A stretch of 64,000 nucleotides of DNA. Source: the human T2T-CHM13v2.0 reference genome, Homo sapiens. Shown here piece after piece: positions 63,077-64,000 of this stretch. Made by a program: the position numbers and the translations under genes. The notes below the pieces were generated by a model. It saw only the letters and a program-made list of their open reading frames with translations. It did no database searches and was not told the DNA's origin. The first letter of the stretch is position 1. Each line of letters begins with the position of its first letter. The stretch lies in NCBI RefSeq assembly GCF_009914755.1, contig NC_060925.1; one strand, written 5' to 3'.

Positions 63077-63502
63077 TTAGGTGCTGTTATTATACTTATT
63101 ATTATATATGGTCAGTGATTATATTTACCACACATTTATTATTTTCTGTACTCAGCATTTTTCCTTGCATCTCAGATATTCCATTCGGGATCATTTTCCT
63201 TTTTTCCTTTTAGAAATTTCTTTTACAAGAGTTCGTTGATGGAAGTTTTTTTTTTTGTTTTTTTTTTTTGCCTAGGTGTAGAGAAAATTGAGTTAATTAT
63301 AGGACATATTACTGTACTGTACCCTCATTTTTTCCTTTCTTGCTTTCTACTGGGTAGACTGAATTTTCTTCTCATGATTTAAAGTTAATATTCTATTTTT
63401 GTTTGTATAATGGTTGCATTTTAAGAGTTTTCTTTAATTCTGGCTTTTTTTTTTCCCCCCTCTACAAAGCTTCTGGAAAATTTCTTCCGGCATTTCTGGT
63501 AA

Positions 63503-63870
<368 letters not shown>

Positions 63871-64000
63871 ACGTGTTTTTGCAATATAAATTAGCTCATG
63901 ATGATTGATAAATAGGAGAATGATGTCATTATAATGCAAAAGTTCATATACAGTTTTCCCTAGCATGTTAATGATTTGGACTGCCAGTAAGCCTCAGTTT

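Overview
Mammalian DNA, human by the Alu subfamilies present (including an AluYa5) and by the recognisable proteins. I recognise the gene order as RIMKLA-ZMYND12-PPCS-CCDC30 on human 1p34. Contents: (1) the last coding exon and long 3' UTR of RIMKLA (+); (2) the complete 8-exon ZMYND12 gene (-), hand-spliced to 1098 nt / 365 aa, which requires a GC-AG last intron; (3) a CpG-island bidirectional promoter shared with the complete 3-exon PPCS gene (+; 936 nt / 311 aa); (4) a second CpG-island promoter with RFX X-boxes and three CCAAT boxes, assigned to CCDC30. About 30 Alus and old L1, L2, MIR, MER and LTR fragments fill the rest. The most interesting signal is missing from the ORF track: two phase-compatible coiled-coil-like exons at 59484-59665 and 61724-61847. 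They look like fossil N-terminal coding exons of CCDC30. The first carries two frameshifts and appears re-usable as an in-frame alternative last exon of PPCS. Repeat boundaries and subfamily names are approximate, by-eye calls.
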